From: Minisyncoccota bacterium
Lineage (GTDB): Bacteria; Patescibacteriota; Minisyncoccia; Phycocordibacterales; XYD1-FULL-46-19
Assembly (NCBI GenBank): GCA_040879645.1
Contig: JBBDJY010000006.1
Span: 94,240-158,239 of the forward strand
Direction: 5' to 3'
DNA: 64,000 nucleotides
In this document: piece after piece, positions 36,902 through 46,823 of the stretch
Numbering within the stretch: the first letter of the stretch is position 1
How the letters are laid out: every line of letters begins with the position of its first letter
Notes under the pieces: model-generated
Databases searched by the model: none
What the model was told of the DNA's origin: nothing
The model's input: the letters and a program-made list of their open reading frames with translations, nothing else
Position numbers and translations under genes: made by a program

Positions 36902-37960
36902 TTACTTGCTTAATAAAACCAAAATCATACCGACAATGGCGGCGATAACACTGATCACCCAATAACGCATTACCACTTTGTAAGCCGGCCAGCCAATCGA
37001 TTCAAAGTGATGATGCAGTGGGGCGACATTAAAGACTTTTTTACCGTGACGCAAGCGTTTGGAAGTTAATTGGATAATGACCGACAATGACGTGGCCAAA
37101 AGCGGTAAGGCGATAATCGGTAGGAAAATTACCGAATCGGTCAAGAAAGCGATGACGGTCAAAGTGGTCGTCAAGCCGAGGATGCCCGTTTCTGACATAT
37201 AAAAACGAGCCGGCGGGATATTAAACCACAAAAAAGCCAAAGTTCCACCGGCCAAAACGGCGGAGAGAGCGGCAATATCAATTTGATTTTGGAAAAAAGC
37301 GATACCGGCATAGGCGGTAAAAATAATCGCCATCACTCCCCCGGCCAAGCCGTCCAAGCCGTCAATGACGCTACTTGAGAATAAACTGAGCATAACCAGA
37401 ATAAATAAAGGGATTAACCAAATGCCAAGAAAAAGCTCTCCACCCCAGGGAATGGTAATGGTCGCTACGCCTAATTTACTGTAAAACCACCAACCGCCAA
37501 CAAGGCCAATACCCGACACGACTAATAAGCGATAACGAAAAGGCAGGCCGCCGGAAATGAATTTGCCATCGCCTTTAATTTGCATTATGTCGTCAATTAA
37601 GCCTAAGCCGGCGGCGGTGATCAAGGTAAATAAAGGCAACCAAGTCTGATTTCGGCTTAAAAAATTAAGTTTGGTCGTAATATCATTCGGCCAGATTTGG
37701 GCGATGAGCCAGAATAAAAAGACCGTCAACAGGGCACTGGCCCAAATAACAATACCACCCATTCGCGGTGTGCCAACCTCTTTTTCTTTATGTAAGCGAT
37801 CAAAAATCGGCGTCGCTCGCCCATCAGGGGCTTGTTTGCCGGAACGCTTTTTCCATAGTTTGTATTTATAAAGATAATGAGTCAGAAACGGCGTGGCCGC
37901 CATCCCGATAAAAAAAGCGGTCGTCGTCGGAATAAAAACTTTGAGAACGTCGATAAACAT
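36902..37960 (-). CDS. mraY: Phospho-N-acetylmuramoyl-pentapeptide transferase MraY.
   Basis: 352 aa polytopic protein with DD/IDGLDGLAGG motifs. Confidence 0.85.
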   Translation of the reverse strand: MFIDVLKVFIPTTTAFFIGMAATPFLTHYLYKYKLWKKRSGKQAPDGRATPIFDRLHKEKEVGTPRMGGIVIWASALLTVFLFWLIAQIWPNDITTKLNFLSRNQTWLPLFTLITAAGLGLIDDIMQIKGDGKFISGGLPFRYRLLVVSGIGLVGGWWFYSKLGVATITIPWGGELFLGIWLIPLFILVMLSLFSSSVIDGLDGLAGGVMAIIFTAYAGIAFFQNQIDIAALSAVLAGGTLAFLWFNIPPARFYMSETGILGLTTTLTVIAFLTDSVIFLPIIALPLLATSLSVIIQLTSKRLRHGKKVFNVAPLHHHFESIGWPAYKVVMRYWVISVIAAIVGMILVLLSK

Positions 37961-37972
37961 ATTGATTATTAA

Positions 37973-38950
37973 TTACTTAACTACCCTGCCTACCGCCTGC
38001 CTGCCGGTAGGCAGGGTAGGTAGGGCAGGCGTCAGGTAGGATTGATATTCAATCGTGGCTTGCACCAAGGCGATAATATCGGCAAAGCGATAATCTCGGG
38101 TGGAAGCTAGGGCGACCGCCACATATGGTCGGCCCAGACCGGCATCAAAAACGACGGCTAAATTACCGCCGGCATTATCGGTAAAACCGGTTTTGGAAGC
38201 CAGTAGGCCGGCAATGTTCGTCACGGATTTATTAGTATTGTGACCGGTATAATTTTCACCATCAATGGTTTGACGCTTAATCATCGGTTCGCGAGTCGGG
38301 GCGAGTAAGGCCGGATATTCCGTCAGGGTATAACGGAATAATTTTGCCACATCAACGGCGGTACTATACGATCCGCCATAAGGCCCGCCGACATCCAAGC
38401 CGGTCGGATTGATAAAATAAGAATTAGCTAAACCAATCTCCTCGGCTAGACGGTTCATCGCCAAAACAAAATCTTCTCCGGTTTTTTGTTTGTAAGTGGC
38501 CGCGATGGCATTGGCGGCGCCATTAGAAGAGGTGACCAAAGAAAAATCCAACAAATCACTTAAATACCACCGGCCCTGGCCGAGGCCGGCATTACTGCCC
38601 TGGCGGAGAGAAATATCATCAACGGTGACAATGGTCTCACTGTCCAATTTATTGACCGCCGTTATTGCCGACATTATTTTGGTGATAGAAGCCAGAGGTA
38701 ATAACTTATCCTCATTCTTAGCAAAAATTATTTCACCACTTTCTAAGTCCATGACGATCACCGCTTCGGCCGCCAAGATTAGGTCGCTAAACGGATCGTG
38801 GGGCGGTGGTTGATTGACCGCCACGATACTGGCCGCCAATTGATTATGAGCTTCGGCCCAAGGCAAAAGATAAATACCACCGCTTAAGACGGCGAGCATG
38901 GTTCCGGCGATAATCAGTCTATTGGTTAATTGGGGATTCGGTTTTTTCAT
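37973..38950 (-). CDS. D-alanyl-D-alanine carboxypeptidase (S11, PBP5/6-like).
   Basis: Signal peptide and the SxxK motif ASITKIMSA, 325 aa. Confidence 0.75.
   Translation of the reverse strand: MKKPNPQLTNRLIIAGTMLAVLSGGIYLLPWAEAHNQLAASIVAVNQPPPHDPFSDLILAAEAVIVMDLESGEIIFAKNEDKLLPLASITKIMSAITAVNKLDSETIVTVDDISLRQGSNAGLGQGRWYLSDLLDFSLVTSSNGAANAIAATYKQKTGEDFVLAMNRLAEEIGLANSYFINPTGLDVGGPYGGSYSTAVDVAKLFRYTLTEYPALLAPTREPMIKRQTIDGENYTGHNTNKSVTNIAGLLASKTGFTDNAGGNLAVVFDAGLGRPYVAVALASTRDYRFADIIALVQATIEYQSYLTPALPTLPTGRQAVGRVVK
37981..38019. repeat. 14-bp perfect inverted repeat embedded in the 3' end of the carboxypeptidase gene, immediately upstream of mraY.
   Basis: ctaccctgcctacc gcctgcctgcc ggtaggcagggtag. 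Confidence 0.6.
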
Positions 38951-39476
38951 TTTCTTTAATTAAAAAATCAGCTAATTCTTGCTTGATACTTTCAAATTCC
39001 GGCAAGGCCGATAATTCGGTAATACCCAGATGAGACAAAAGGTCAAAGGTCGGCCGATAAAGATAAGAACGGGCATCATGGGGGTTACTGACCCGCTCAA
39101 TTAATCCCCTGACTGTTAAGTGGCGCAAAATAAAAGATGAATTAACTCCCCGGATATAATCAATATCAGCTCGGGCGACCGGCGAGCGGTATAAGATAAT
39201 GGTTAGAGTTTCCAGCGCTGCTTTACCTAAATCTTCCGATAATTCATCTTTGATTATCTTTTCAATCAAGTCGGCTGCTTCCGGGGCTGTTGCCATCATC
39301 ACTTGGTCGTCTTTTTCCATTAAGGTTATTCCTCGATTTTTTAGTCGGTCTTTTAATTCATTTAAACCGGCCTGAACGGTATTTGCCGGGATATCCAAAA
39401 CCTTGGCCAACCGATCAAAAGACACCGGTTCGGAACGGTGGAATAAAATTGCTTCAATTTTTGCCGGAATATCCAT
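38919..39476 (-). CDS. scpB: Segregation and condensation protein B. The start is probably MDIPAKIEAILF; the listed ORF extends to 39569, overlapping scpA.
   Basis: The IEAILF motif and two winged-helix repeats. Confidence 0.65.
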   Translation of the reverse strand: MDIPAKIEAILFHRSEPVSFDRLAKVLDIPANTVQAGLNELKDRLKNRGITLMEKDDQVMMATAPEAADLIEKIIKDELSEDLGKAALETLTIILYRSPVARADIDYIRGVNSSFILRHLTVRGLIERVSNPHDARSYLYRPTFDLLSHLGITELSALPEFESIKQELADFLIKENEKTESPINQ

Positions 39477-39516
39477 ATTTTCTATAGTATATAGCCATTT
39501 TTCGCCTTGTCCAAGT

Positions 39517-40248
39517 TTAATCGTAACGGGGTAAACCAACCTGACTGGTTTCCATCTCAATGTCGGCAAAAGGTCGATTTTGATCGGCAGTTAAGATACC
39601 TTGTCTGACTAATTCCAATAAGCCGAGAAAGTTAACAATCACTTCGATTTTTTCTGACCGTTCGCGGTCGACCAAATCCTTGAATTTAAGCCGGAGGGAG
39701 GATTGGATTCTTTTGGTTAAGTGGTCTATCACCGCTTCCAGGCTGATTGTTTTTCTAATGACCGCTTGGGGTCGAATTTCAGTCTTTGGCAGATTGGCAA
39801 TCACTTTTTGTCCGGCTTGGACAATATTTTCCATTGAGACATCCGCTCCCGGGGCAAAGATTGTCTCCATCCTTCTTTTTTCTTGACGCGGAAAAAGTGG
39901 CCGACGACCAAAGTGGTGTTTAATCTTTTCACTTAAAGTTTTAAAGCGACGATAAATAACCAATCGCCTCTCCAGCTCTTCAATATCCCCGGTTTCTTCC
40001 TCGGTTCGTTCCAAGGTCGGTAGTAAGGATAGAGATTTAATAAACACCAGAGTCGAGCCGATAACTAAAAAATCAGCCACATCTTTTTTCGGTAAATGAT
40101 GTTGACCGGCAAGATAGTTAAGATAATCATCGGCCACCTTGGCCAAGGATATTTCATTGATATGGAGTTTTTTCCTTTCGACTAATTGCAAGAGTAAATC
40201 CAACGGACCCTCGAAATTTTCGGATTTGACAACAAAATGGGAAGACAT
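39517..40248 (-). CDS. scpA: Segregation and condensation protein A.
   Basis: 243 aa, LLQLVERKKLHINEISLAKVADDYL (ScpA N-terminus). Confidence 0.7.
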   Translation of the reverse strand: MSSHFVVKSENFEGPLDLLLQLVERKKLHINEISLAKVADDYLNYLAGQHHLPKKDVADFLVIGSTLVFIKSLSLLPTLERTEEETGDIEELERRLVIYRRFKTLSEKIKHHFGRRPLFPRQEKRRMETIFAPGADVSMENIVQAGQKVIANLPKTEIRPQAVIRKTISLEAVIDHLTKRIQSSLRLKFKDLVDRERSEKIEVIVNFLGLLELVRQGILTADQNRPFADIEMETSQVGLPRYD

Positions 40249-40315
40249 ATCACTTTATTATACCGTTTTTACTGATAAAAAAAAGCTCCGCTGATAGTAA
40301 TCAACGGAAACTTAA

Positions 40316-40403
40316 GTGGGGCCGGATGAACCGACAGAAAGGAGGTTCTCTGATTCCCGAGATAGGCCCGGAAATCAATCGTTTATGAGACTCATCCGGC
40401 CCC
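40316..40403. other. 88-nt element closed by a perfect 12-bp inverted repeat (GGGGCCGGATGA...TCATCCGGCCCC), lying between aspS and scpA.
   Basis: Seen directly. The interior contains GAAAGGAGG / CCTCCTTTC and CCCGGAAA. Confidence 0.4.
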
Positions 40404-40465
40404 GAAAAAATAGCGTGATTCAATTTTTTATCTAGATTGATTATATAACGCTAAACTTAACAGTG

Positions 40466-41899
40466 TCAATTGTTTTTATTTTGTTTTGGCGATTTGATTT
40501 GAAGGTGTAATTCGGCTAATTGCTCGGCGGTTAATTCTTTTGGTGCTTTCATCACGGCCGTGCCCCCGCCACGGGTCATCGGAAAGGCTTGAACTTCGCG
40601 CAATTCGGTCGCGCCGGTTAAATTCATCAGACTGCGATCAACGCCGACCGCGATGCCACCATGAGGCGGAACGCCGAAACTAAAGGCCTCCAGCATATGA
40701 CCGATTCGCTCGGCGGTTTCTTCCTCACTGTAACCCATCACTTTATAAGTAGCGGCCAAGATTTCCGGCCGATGGGCGCGGATACTGCCACCGGCCGATT
40801 CAAAACCGTTACAAACCAAGTCGTATTGAGTGGTTAAAATCTTTTCAATATTTTCGCCTTTAAGCAACCAGTCCAAATGTTCGGTCTTGGGCATCGAAAA
40901 GGGATTGTGGGTAAAAGTCCACTTGCCATTATCGGTTTTTTCAAAAAAAGGAAAATCAATCACCCAGGCATAGGCCAAAATACCGGCTTCTTTATCTTCT
41001 TTTGTCCGCAGATCAAATTTATCCGCTCCATATTTAGCCATTGATTCGGCATAAGTAAGGCGTGGGAAGGGTTTTTCTTTAATGATGAGACCCATCTTTT
41101 CAACGGCGGTGGTAATCATCTCTTCAACTGTTTGCAAAACATCTTCTTGGTTGACAAAAGACATTTCCAAGTCAATTTGCGTATGTTCAAAACCCCGATC
41201 GGCTCGTAAGTCTTCGTCACGAATCGCCCGGGCCAGTTGGAAATAGCGTTCAAATCCCCCGGCCATTAAAAGTTGTTTGTATTGTTGAGGTGATTGAGGC
41301 AGAGCATAAAATTTTCCCGGTTGCAGGCGGGACGGGACGACAAAATCCCGTGAACCTTCCGGTGTTGATTCGGTTAAAAGCGGAGTTTCAATCTCAACGA
41401 AGTCATTGGCGTAAAGGTAATCACGGCAATAACGGACAAAATCACTGCGCCGACGGATATTTTTTTGCATCCGGTCGGTGCGTAAATCCAAATAGCGGTA
41501 CTTTAAGCGAACGGCTTCATCAATATTTGCACTATCGGCATCAACGGCAAAAGGTGGGGTCTTGGATTGGTTTAAAACCGAAATAGCGGTAATCTCTAAT
41601 TCCAAATTACCGTTTAATTCGTCGGCTTTAACCATCTTTTCCGGTCGCTTATTAACTTGTCCGGTTATTTCCACCACCCACTCGGAACGTAATTCGCTTG
41701 CCGCTTCGTGGGCCTCGCTATGATTCGGTAAAGCGACCATCTGTACTCGGCCGCTTTCGTCGCGTAAGTCAAGAAAAATCAACTTGCCGTGATCTCGCCG
41801 GCCGTGAATAAAGCCGGCCACTTTTACTTCGTTGCCGATCTGATTTTCCAATTCACTGATTTTTATTCGTTTGGACATAGGTAATTGTTTTTTTATCAC
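40466..41899 (-). CDS. aspS: Aspartyl-tRNA synthetase, a short form without the GAD insertion (archaeal/eukaryal-like length).
   Basis: 477 aa, an OB-fold N-terminus and class II motifs (FRDE, GGSIR, GLDR). Confidence 0.85.
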   Translation of the reverse strand: MIKKQLPMSKRIKISELENQIGNEVKVAGFIHGRRDHGKLIFLDLRDESGRVQMVALPNHSEAHEAASELRSEWVVEITGQVNKRPEKMVKADELNGNLELEITAISVLNQSKTPPFAVDADSANIDEAVRLKYRYLDLRTDRMQKNIRRRSDFVRYCRDYLYANDFVEIETPLLTESTPEGSRDFVVPSRLQPGKFYALPQSPQQYKQLLMAGGFERYFQLARAIRDEDLRADRGFEHTQIDLEMSFVNQEDVLQTVEEMITTAVEKMGLIIKEKPFPRLTYAESMAKYGADKFDLRTKEDKEAGILAYAWVIDFPFFEKTDNGKWTFTHNPFSMPKTEHLDWLLKGENIEKILTTQYDLVCNGFESAGGSIRAHRPEILAATYKVMGYSEEETAERIGHMLEAFSFGVPPHGGIAVGVDRSLMNLTGATELREVQAFPMTRGGGTAVMKAPKELTAEQLAELHLQIKSPKQNKNN

Positions 41900-41966
41900 T
41901 CAATCCTACCATGTCGGCCCTGAGCCGGCAACGGCAGTAAAAAGCCACCGACAATGCCGGTGGCTC

Positions 41967-42215
41967 CTAGTGTGGCCGCAGTTCGTAAAAATCAGCAGCT
42001 GAATCGTGGTAAGTGGTTGCCGTCTCGTCTTTGGATCCCCGACCATTTGCCGATCGGTAATAACTTTGGCCGGCAAAACAAACGAGCTCCAATTCAACGT
42101 CAAAACGTCGGCAGTGTAAGCGGATATGTCCGTTGGTGGCGGAGACAACCACACACTGGTCAATAAGAATTTGGCGTTTGGTCAGATAAACATCCTGACC
42201 GACTTTGAGGATCAT
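41967..42215 (-). CDS. Small hypothetical protein (82 aa). The start was moved to the ATG that follows the GAAAGGAGGT Shine-Dalgarno; the listed ORF starts at a GTG inside that Shine-Dalgarno.
   Basis: GAGAAAGGAGGTCTG ATG. Confidence 0.4.
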   Translation of the reverse strand: MILKVGQDVYLTKRQILIDQCVVVSATNGHIRLHCRRFDVELELVCFAGQSYYRSANGRGSKDETATTYHDSAADFYELRPH

Positions 42216-42293
42216 CAGACCTCCTTTCTCCCCCACTCAATGTCTTCAGTTAATTTACTACCAACCTCTTAATTAGGCAAGGGCGGTTTTATT

Positions 42294-44078
42294 TTATTGA
42301 TGCAAACCGATTTGCAATTCGTAAAGCTGACGATATTTTCCCCCAGCTAGTTTCATTAATTCTTCATGACTTCCCCGCTCGGTAATGCGGCCCTCATCAA
42401 AAACCAAGATCAAATCGGCTTTGCGGACGGTGGAAATCCGGTGAGCGATAATAAAAGTCGTCCGATCCTTCATTAACTTATTCAATGACTTTTGAATAAT
42501 TTCTTCCGAGCGAGCGTCCAGGGCGGAAGTCGGCTCGTCAAGAATAAGGATTTTTGGTCGACGCAAAACCGCTCGGGCGATGGCCACCCTTTGTTTTTGA
42601 CCGACCGAGAGCTTAACTCCCCTTTCGCCGACCAATTGTTTCCATTTTTTCGGGAATTTTTCGATAAAAGTTAAGGCATGGGCCTCTTTAGCCGATTGTT
42701 CAATTTCAGCAAAAGAGGCATTTGGATTGCCATAAGCAATGTTACTTTTAATCGTATCGTTAAACAAAGTTACTTCTTGGGGGACAATACCCAAATGCGA
42801 TCGCAAAATTTTAAGCGGTAGTCGTTTTATATTATGACCATCAATTAAAACCTGACCTTTTTGGGCAAAGTAATAGCCGGACAAAAGATCAATCAAAGTG
42901 CTTTTGCCCACACCCGATTCCCCGACCAGCGCCACCACTTGGCCGGCTTGAACGGAAAAAGATATGCCTTCCAAAACCGGCTTGCCGGCTTCATAGCGAA
43001 AAAAGACATTCTTAAATTCTACATCTCCACGAATATCGTTAATTTTAAGAGCATTTTTTGGTTGATAAGTTTCCGAACGGGTATTTAAAATTTTTTCTAC
43101 GGCCGAGATGTCTAAAATGCCGGTCTGAATCATTCGCCACATCTGCATCAAACTGGTAAAAGGGGCAAAGAGCATCGCCAAATAACTATTGAAGGCAATC
43201 AATTCACCAATGGTCATACTGCCGGCCAAAACTAAACGAATAGACCAAGCAAAAACAATGACCTGCAAAACAATAACGACTAGACCCCGAACCAAGTCTA
43301 AGGACTGCCAAATTTTGTCCATAACAAACCAATGAGGAAAAATATTTTGCACGAAGCGTTTGTTAATCTTTTTTTGTTCGGTATCTTCCGTTACCGCTTG
43401 CTTGACAGTTTGGGCATTATTGATGACATCGTAAGTATCACCATAAGATTGCCCCCAACCCTTAATCAATTTTTTCTGCCAATCAGCACTGTCGCGAATA
43501 AAGAGCCAAGCGATAGAAACATAAAAGAGAACCATTCCGGTGGCGATTAAAGCCAAAATCGGATTAATGCTGATCAAAAAAGAGATAGCGACAAATATTG
43601 TCAAAAATTGCGGGCCCAAACTACCAAGAACGCGGTCACTGATCAATTCAAAACCACCGCCGGCATTGGAAATTTTAGAATGAACTTCGCCGATCTTGCG
43701 CTTTTTGTGAAAAGACAGAGGTAATTCAAGCAACTTGGCATAGCTCTTACTCTGATAGTCAAAACGGGCGTGGAAAGAAATAACTGAACGCAATAAGGTC
43801 AAGCGATATTCAATGGCCATAACCACCAATTGGATGATGACTAAAATAAGGATAAAGACGACATAAGTCGGAATAGCCCGACCGGTGATATTGATCGTCT
43901 CGGGGGTAATGATAGTGTCAAATAACCGACCGGTGATATAGGGTACGGCCCCGTTGCCAATCGCCGAAATAATACCAAATATCAAAACTAAAATTGCCGA
44001 ACGCCGGTGTTGCGCCAAAAAGTCTATGATGACGGCCGTTGCTGTCCGCCAATGGCTAAATTTTACTTTACTGGCCAT
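42294..44078 (-). CDS. ABC transporter, fused permease/ATPase (exporter type, MsbA-like).
   Basis: Six transmembrane helices followed by a nucleotide-binding domain with GESGVGKSTL, LSVGQKQRVAIARA and ILILDEPTSALD. Confidence 0.85.
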   Translation of the reverse strand: MASKVKFSHWRTATAVIIDFLAQHRRSAILVLIFGIISAIGNGAVPYITGRLFDTIITPETINITGRAIPTYVVFILILVIIQLVVMAIEYRLTLLRSVISFHARFDYQSKSYAKLLELPLSFHKKRKIGEVHSKISNAGGGFELISDRVLGSLGPQFLTIFVAISFLISINPILALIATGMVLFYVSIAWLFIRDSADWQKKLIKGWGQSYGDTYDVINNAQTVKQAVTEDTEQKKINKRFVQNIFPHWFVMDKIWQSLDLVRGLVVIVLQVIVFAWSIRLVLAGSMTIGELIAFNSYLAMLFAPFTSLMQMWRMIQTGILDISAVEKILNTRSETYQPKNALKINDIRGDVEFKNVFFRYEAGKPVLEGISFSVQAGQVVALVGESGVGKSTLIDLLSGYYFAQKGQVLIDGHNIKRLPLKILRSHLGIVPQEVTLFNDTIKSNIAYGNPNASFAEIEQSAKEAHALTFIEKFPKKWKQLVGERGVKLSVGQKQRVAIARAVLRRPKILILDEPTSALDARSEEIIQKSLNKLMKDRTTFIIAHRISTVRKADLILVFDEGRITERGSHEELMKLAGGKYRQLYELQIGLHQ

Positions 44079-44117
44079 AAGGCAGTAAGATAAAGAAGAA
44101 GATTACTTGTTAATTGG

Positions 44118-45128
44118 TTAAAGTGTCAGACCGACTCTTTCTTTAACCGTCATCATTTTAAGGCGAGCCCGATCGCCGGCCACCTCGGCACCGTTCTTTA
44201 GGATTTGGATAGCAGTGGTGGCATCATTTGTAATATCAGCTCGCTTTTCGCGAAGAGGTGCCAAATATTTATTCATATTCTCAATTAATATCTCTTTTGA
44301 TTCTTTGTAGCCCAGACCACCTTGTTCATAGCGTTTTCGGATATCAGCCAAATCATCGGTGGAAAACAATTTGTGCAAAGCAAAGACAGCATCGGTATTC
44401 GGGTCTTTCGGTTCAGTGGTTTCTTTGGAATCGGTGACGATTTTCATTACCGCTTGGCGAATGTCATCTTCACCGGCAAATAGCGGAATGGTATTGTTGT
44501 AACTCTTACTCATCTTTCGGCCATCGATACCGGTAATTGTTTCCACTTCGGACATTAAGTATTCTTCTGGTCGTCGGAAAGTCTCACCAAAGATGCGATT
44601 GAATTTCTCGGCCGTATCCCGGGCGTATTCCACATGTTGTTTTTGATCTTGGCCGACCGGGACGATATCGGTATCGTAAAGCAAGATATCGGCCGCCATC
44701 AGCATCGGATAGTCAAAAGTCCCGACATTAATCTCTTTATTTTTGGCCGCCGCGTCTTTATAGGCATGGGCGCGCATTAGATAAGGCATAGTGGTCAGAC
44801 AATTAAAGATCCAAGCCAATTCGGTGTGAGCCGGCACGTCCGATTGACGAAAAAGCGTCACCTTACTCGGGTCAAGACCGATAGCCAAATAGTCAAAGAC
44901 TAAATCCAAAATATCGGCCCGCAAAGCCGACGGATCGTGGACGGTGGTCAAAGCGTGCAGGTCGGCCACCATAATCAGGGTATCGTAATCTTCTTGCATA
45001 TCAACAAATTGCTTCATCGCCCCGAAATAATTGCCAATATGCGGACGCCCCGTCGGCTTAACCCCGGATAATAAGATTTTTTTACGATTGCTTGTCATAG
45101 ATTTTGATTTTACCACTGATTCAGGCAA
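44118..45128 (-). CDS. trpS: Tryptophanyl-tRNA synthetase.
   Basis: GVKPTGRPHIGNY (HIGH) and KMSKS, 336 aa. Confidence 0.85.
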   Translation of the reverse strand: MPESVVKSKSMTSNRKKILLSGVKPTGRPHIGNYFGAMKQFVDMQEDYDTLIMVADLHALTTVHDPSALRADILDLVFDYLAIGLDPSKVTLFRQSDVPAHTELAWIFNCLTTMPYLMRAHAYKDAAAKNKEINVGTFDYPMLMAADILLYDTDIVPVGQDQKQHVEYARDTAEKFNRIFGETFRRPEEYLMSEVETITGIDGRKMSKSYNNTIPLFAGEDDIRQAVMKIVTDSKETTEPKDPNTDAVFALHKLFSTDDLADIRKRYEQGGLGYKESKEILIENMNKYLAPLREKRADITNDATTAIQILKNGAEVAGDRARLKMMTVKERVGLTL

Positions 45129-45136
45129 GTTTCAAT

Positions 45137-45385
45137 TTAATCAAGCCGGCGATAAGTTTTTTCGTTTCTTATTCCAATCTCTCTAATTAGATTTAGGCCT
45201 TTTGACTTTTCAAAGACTAAGCGATATTTGCCGATTCGAACTCGGTAAAGACTTTTAGCACCAGCCAGTTTCTTTACCGCCAATAACTTTAGGTCGTTGA
45301 TTTCAATCAGAAAGACAATTGCCTTGATCTGCTCTCGATCTCTAGGGCTCTTTTTTTGGAACAGCTTTTCGATTTTATCCATCAA
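45137..45385 (-). CDS. RelE/ParE-family toxin (type II toxin-antitoxin).
   Basis: 82 aa, ...YRVRIGKYRLVFEKSKGLNLIREIGIRNE..Y, with the RelE/ParE C-terminal pattern. Confidence 0.6.
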   Translation of the reverse strand: MMDKIEKLFQKKSPRDREQIKAIVFLIEINDLKLLAVKKLAGAKSLYRVRIGKYRLVFEKSKGLNLIREIGIRNEKTYRRLD

Positions 45386-45617
45386 TCTTTTTTATAATCC
45401 TCAAGAGGTCTTTGGCTGGTAGTCCCCGACCTTGATTATCGCGCTCGGCCGAAAAGACAATCGTCTCCTCCAGTTGATCAATGTCCACCGGCCTGATTGT
45501 TAGGCTATCATCTTGCCACTTGAGGGCGAAATGAGAGGTCTTGAATTTTCCTCGCCAAGCCTTCGGCAAAGTGATTTGGCCTTTACTGGTCGTCTTTTGA
45601 ATACTTTTATTAACCAT
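45375..45617 (-). CDS. AbrB/MazE-type (SpoVT/AbrB fold) antitoxin.
   Basis: 80 aa with a KGQITLPKAWR swapped-hairpin motif. It overlaps the toxin gene by 11 nt. Confidence 0.6.
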   Translation of the reverse strand: MVNKSIQKTTSKGQITLPKAWRGKFKTSHFALKWQDDSLTIRPVDIDQLEETIVFSAERDNQGRGLPAKDLLRIIKKIDG

Positions 45618-45849
45618 GGTTTTTTATCATAAATTAAGTAATTCCTACTTTCTTACTAGTGTAGTGAAAATGTAAGAATAAGTCAAATTTCTAAACTGGT
45701 TACAGAGGTAAATTCCTTATTTCATTTTCTTCGCTTAGCTAGTCAAATAATTTTTGATTCATTGACATTTATAATATCTTTAACCATACTAAAAACAGGT
45801 AAACGGTGCTGATTGTCGGCACCTTGTCAAAAAAAGGAGGAATTGGGTC

Positions 45850-46737
45850 ATGAAGATCCACTCTGTTGGAATCGGGCTTATGCTCGTTGTTTTGCTCTTG
45901 GCCTACTCGGCCGAGGCGCAACGCAATCGCAACAAACTGCTGGGTGACGGTCGGGAGGTGGCCGCTCAGACTGGGGCCAACCCCCAGTCACAAGTGGAGC
46001 TCATCTCCATCCCCGCGGACCCGTCGAAACCGACCTTCTACGTCACCGTGGAAGAGCCGTTTGTGATGGCGGCCCAAGACATCACTTCCGGCGGTGGCAT
46101 CACGCCTGGCGCGCCGGAACAGTCTTACTTCATCTCCAACTGGTTAATCGCCACTCAGATGCACCATCCTCAAGCGATTAGCCCATCGGCCCCACTGAGC
46201 GAAAAGCTGGGTTATGGCATGGCCGCCCAGCTCACCAGTGTCTTGACCCGGATCGGCAATCTGGCCGTGATTGATTACCCCACTTATCGCGATAATCCGG
46301 GTCGTTATCCTGAGATTTTCGTCATTCGGGGTACAGTCACCGAGTTCACCGAGACCGATGGTCTGGATGAACAGAAGAAGGGTTTCGATACCAAAATCGC
46401 TGGCCGGGTACTCTCGATTATTGGCGGCGGACGCGGATTGGGCCAGGCTGGCAATCTCATCTCCAGCGCTAATGTTGGCCAGAAGAAGATCATCACCAAC
46501 CGAACCGGTGTGGTCGGCTTGGATATCCAGCTAATTCAAACGGCGACCGGCCGGGTGATGCGCTCGACCCCTTGCCAGGGAACCTTCACCACCCAAAGCG
46601 CCACGGAGATCCAACATGGTTTAGGCTTCAGCGAAAGCCAGTCCGAATACCAAGCTTCGGCTTTAAACCAAGCCAGTCGGGCGGCTTTGAACCAAGCCGC
46701 GACCGAAATTTGGCAAGCTCTGGCAACCACGCGATGA
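45850..46737 (+). CDS. Secreted protein of unknown function, possibly a CsgG-like periplasmic assembly component (weak resemblance), in a GC-rich islet.
   Basis: Signal peptide MKIHSVGIGLMLVVLLLAYSAEA, about 58% GC. AGGAGG lies upstream. Confidence 0.55.
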   Translation: MKIHSVGIGLMLVVLLLAYSAEAQRNRNKLLGDGREVAAQTGANPQSQVELISIPADPSKPTFYVTVEEPFVMAAQDITSGGGITPGAPEQSYFISNWLIATQMHHPQAISPSAPLSEKLGYGMAAQLTSVLTRIGNLAVIDYPTYRDNPGRYPEIFVIRGTVTEFTETDGLDEQKKGFDTKIAGRVLSIIGGGRGLGQAGNLISSANVGQKKIITNRTGVVGLDIQLIQTATGRVMRSTPCQGTFTTQSATEIQHGLGFSESQSEYQASALNQASRAALNQAATEIWQALATTR

Positions 46738-46823
46738 CCAATCCTCCATTTCTTGACTGTTCGTTAATTCCCGTTCAATCTCTTAGGATTTGGACGGGAA
46801 TTTTTCTGTAAATAAAAAAACAA

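Noticed and set aside
40316-40403. Small SRP RNA (ffs).
   Set aside because: Size and closing stem fit. However, the apical GNRA-tetraloop/domain IV consensus (GGUCCGGAAGGAAGCAGC-like) could not be aligned on either strand, so it is kept as an unclassified hairpin element.
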